From Octopus sinensis (lineage: Eukaryota), in assembly GCF_006345805.1 (NCBI RefSeq), contig NC_042997.1:182342001-182406000 (forward strand): a stretch of DNA of 64,000 nucleotides. The letters are read 5' to 3'. The notes beneath the pieces were generated by a model that saw only the letters and a program-made list of their open reading frames with translations, was not told where the DNA came from and searched no databases. This document shows, piece by piece, positions 61,970 through 64,000 of the stretch. The translations under genes and the position numbers were made by a program. Within the stretch, counting starts at the first letter, position 1. Every line of letters begins with the position of its first letter.

Positions 61970-63209
61970 AGCATAATCTTTCTAAAATGAATCAAGTGTT
62001 TTTCTAACATTTTCCACAAGAAAATCCAAGAGAAACTTTGAAAGCAGCTGAGATATAAAGTCAGAAGGGATAATTTACAAGATTTGTGTTATCTATTGGC
62101 TGTTCTCTCATGGTCTCAAGATGCAGCCTAACTCTCCAAGCACTTTCACTCCGTCCTCTACTAAATGTGTGAAAAATAACATCTTAAACAAACTGGTAGT
62201 TGATGAAATGTAAATAAGAGCCAACTCCAAATATGTAGGAAATGTATAATTAAATATGACTAACAGTTTATCAAGCACGTTATCAAAATGGTACTTTTCG
62301 TTTTGATTAACTTCAGTTTATGTCTGAGATTATCCTGGATTCCCTCTTTCTCACTTTTGTCTATTGTAACTGAGTGAACCATTTCATACATGCTTTCAAA
62401 TCTACATTTTACCAATTATAGTAAAACTATAAGGTCAATCCAAGGTGTAGCAGTCATGAGCTGTTGCAATTACTGTGTGCACCTGTCAAAGGCTCACTAG
62501 TTGGTCATATCTCACCAGAGACAAGAGTTTATATAATCACAATTGAACATATTTTGATAAATTACTCTAATTTATCAACTAATGATTTATACAGTGAACC
62601 TATTCAAACCCTACAAACATGGATAAACAGATTGTAATGATTATATATGTTTATATATAAATATATAGATATTTTTAAAAGGTTGTTTGTAACGGCCAGT
62701 CAGAGTGACCATTTGTTTCACATCTATAAAGCACTTAGCTGTATAGGAGACTCATCAGACTTAAATGGCCAGAGGCAAATAACCTCTACAACTGGAAGAT
62801 GGAAAACATCATTTGATAATTTTGTAAACAAAAAACTCCCAGATGTTTCCTCCTTATATGCTTCTGGTCATTTGAGTCTGACAAGTTGCCCATCATGCTA
62901 AGTGCTGTATAGGCACAAAACAATGGTCACTCTTTGGCAGGCCATAACAAACAACCTTCTAAATATACTACTGCTCTGTTTTAGAATGTGCTTGTTTTTC
63001 GGATATATGAATTACTGACATATATATATAAGATCCAGGGATTGAGATGTAGGAAGAAAGTTAGCTTCAAGCAATCCATAGTAAATATGAAAAACAATTT
63101 TCAGAGACAATAATGGTTTATTGAGATGGAAGGTTGTGGATTTTTTCCGTATCGAAGTATGACAAACTGAAAATAATTCTTTTTATATTTCACAGTGTGA
63201 ATAAGACTA

Positions 63210-63515
63210 CAAGAGTTAAGGAATGGAGTAGATAAGATCCGGGCTACATATGTTTCATAGTGAGCGGAGCCTCAGAAGTGGTAAATATCCAAGTGAGATG
63301 TATACTGCAGGCTACTCTTCAGACCAAGAATTCTGATTGAATCTTCCATGTGTTAACATGTGACAATGTAAACTTTCATTTAATCAAGATATCCTTGGCC
63401 TGAAAAGTAGTTGGTGGTATACACCTCGCTTGGTGTATATTTACCATTTCTGACGTTCAGCTCGCTATGAAACATATGTAGCCCAGATCTTATCTATTCC
63501 TTTCTTTAATTCTTG
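63210..63515. mobile_element. MITE-like element with ~95-bp terminal inverted repeats
   Basis: TAGATAAGATCCGGGCTACATATGTTTCATAGTGAGC is inverted as GCTCGCTATGAAACATATGTAGCCCAGATCTTATCTA. Confidence 0.8.
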
Positions 63516-64000
63516 CATATATATATATCTTAGTAAAAACCACGATATCTGTTGCCAAATATAAGGGGTTGTTTTATTCAGTTAATAATTGGAGGATTGG
63601 GGGGAAAAAAAAAAGAAATATTTATGGTGTTTAGTATCAAAATTAAGCCGAACAAACACTCACTACCAGAAAAAAATAATTTCAGTCAGCAATTGTATGA
63701 TAAATGTAATAAAGACTTTATTTATATATTAAAGAAAATCAACATAACTCTGAAAAATATTTAACATTTACTTTATTATTTCTAATAGAGAAATCCAACA
63801 ACATTTTTAAAATTTAATTTTTTTTCTTTAAATAAATGTGAACAGTAACATAAATTAACAAATTTAGCCACGATTTCTTTTTATCTTGTTTGCAAGTGAT
63901 TAACACTTCTATGTGAACACGATATCAATATAAGCAGGTTTCAATAAAATATAGTAACCAAATTAACGACAATACAATTAATATACACATATATCACAAT

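Noticed and set aside
54-63764. Remaining 60-130-aa ORFs in the track
   Set aside because: They are intron read-through extensions of real exons, TE fragments, microsatellite translations or low-complexity AT-rich ORFs with no recognisable motifs.

Overview
AT-rich, intron-containing animal genomic DNA. The repeat families, including (GAT)n-tailed elements ending CCATGCTAGCATGGAAAGCGGACGTTAAACGATGATG and tRNA-derived SINEs, resemble octopus repeats as I recall them, so a cephalopod origin is an inference. Two host genes lie head-to-head around a ~0.5 kb shared promoter. RPL5 (60S ribosomal protein uL18) is on the minus strand, with coding exons 1-7 in the window, the last exon off the left edge, and a 5'TOP/TCT start. 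On the plus strand is a 29-exon, ~1363-aa coiled-coil gene that I assembled by hand with phase-consistent GT-AG junctions and identify as CCDC18 from recalled motif similarity. The introns hold a CR1/L2-type LINE in three copies (one nearly full length), a CRE-like and several R4/Dong-like RLE retrotransposon relics, a Ty3/Gypsy relic, two mariners, MITEs, SINEs and microsatellites. The most notable observations are: (1) a candidate -1 ribosomal frameshift signal (G GGA AAC UAA plus a 15-bp hairpin) joining a polyQ-bearing ORF1 to an ATG-less ORF2 in the CR1 LINE; (2) a ~1.18 kb near-perfect palindrome inside a (TA)n tract, one of several intronic fold-backs; (3) the RPL5-CCDC18 divergent pair; and (4) a SINE dimer flanked by a single target-site duplication.
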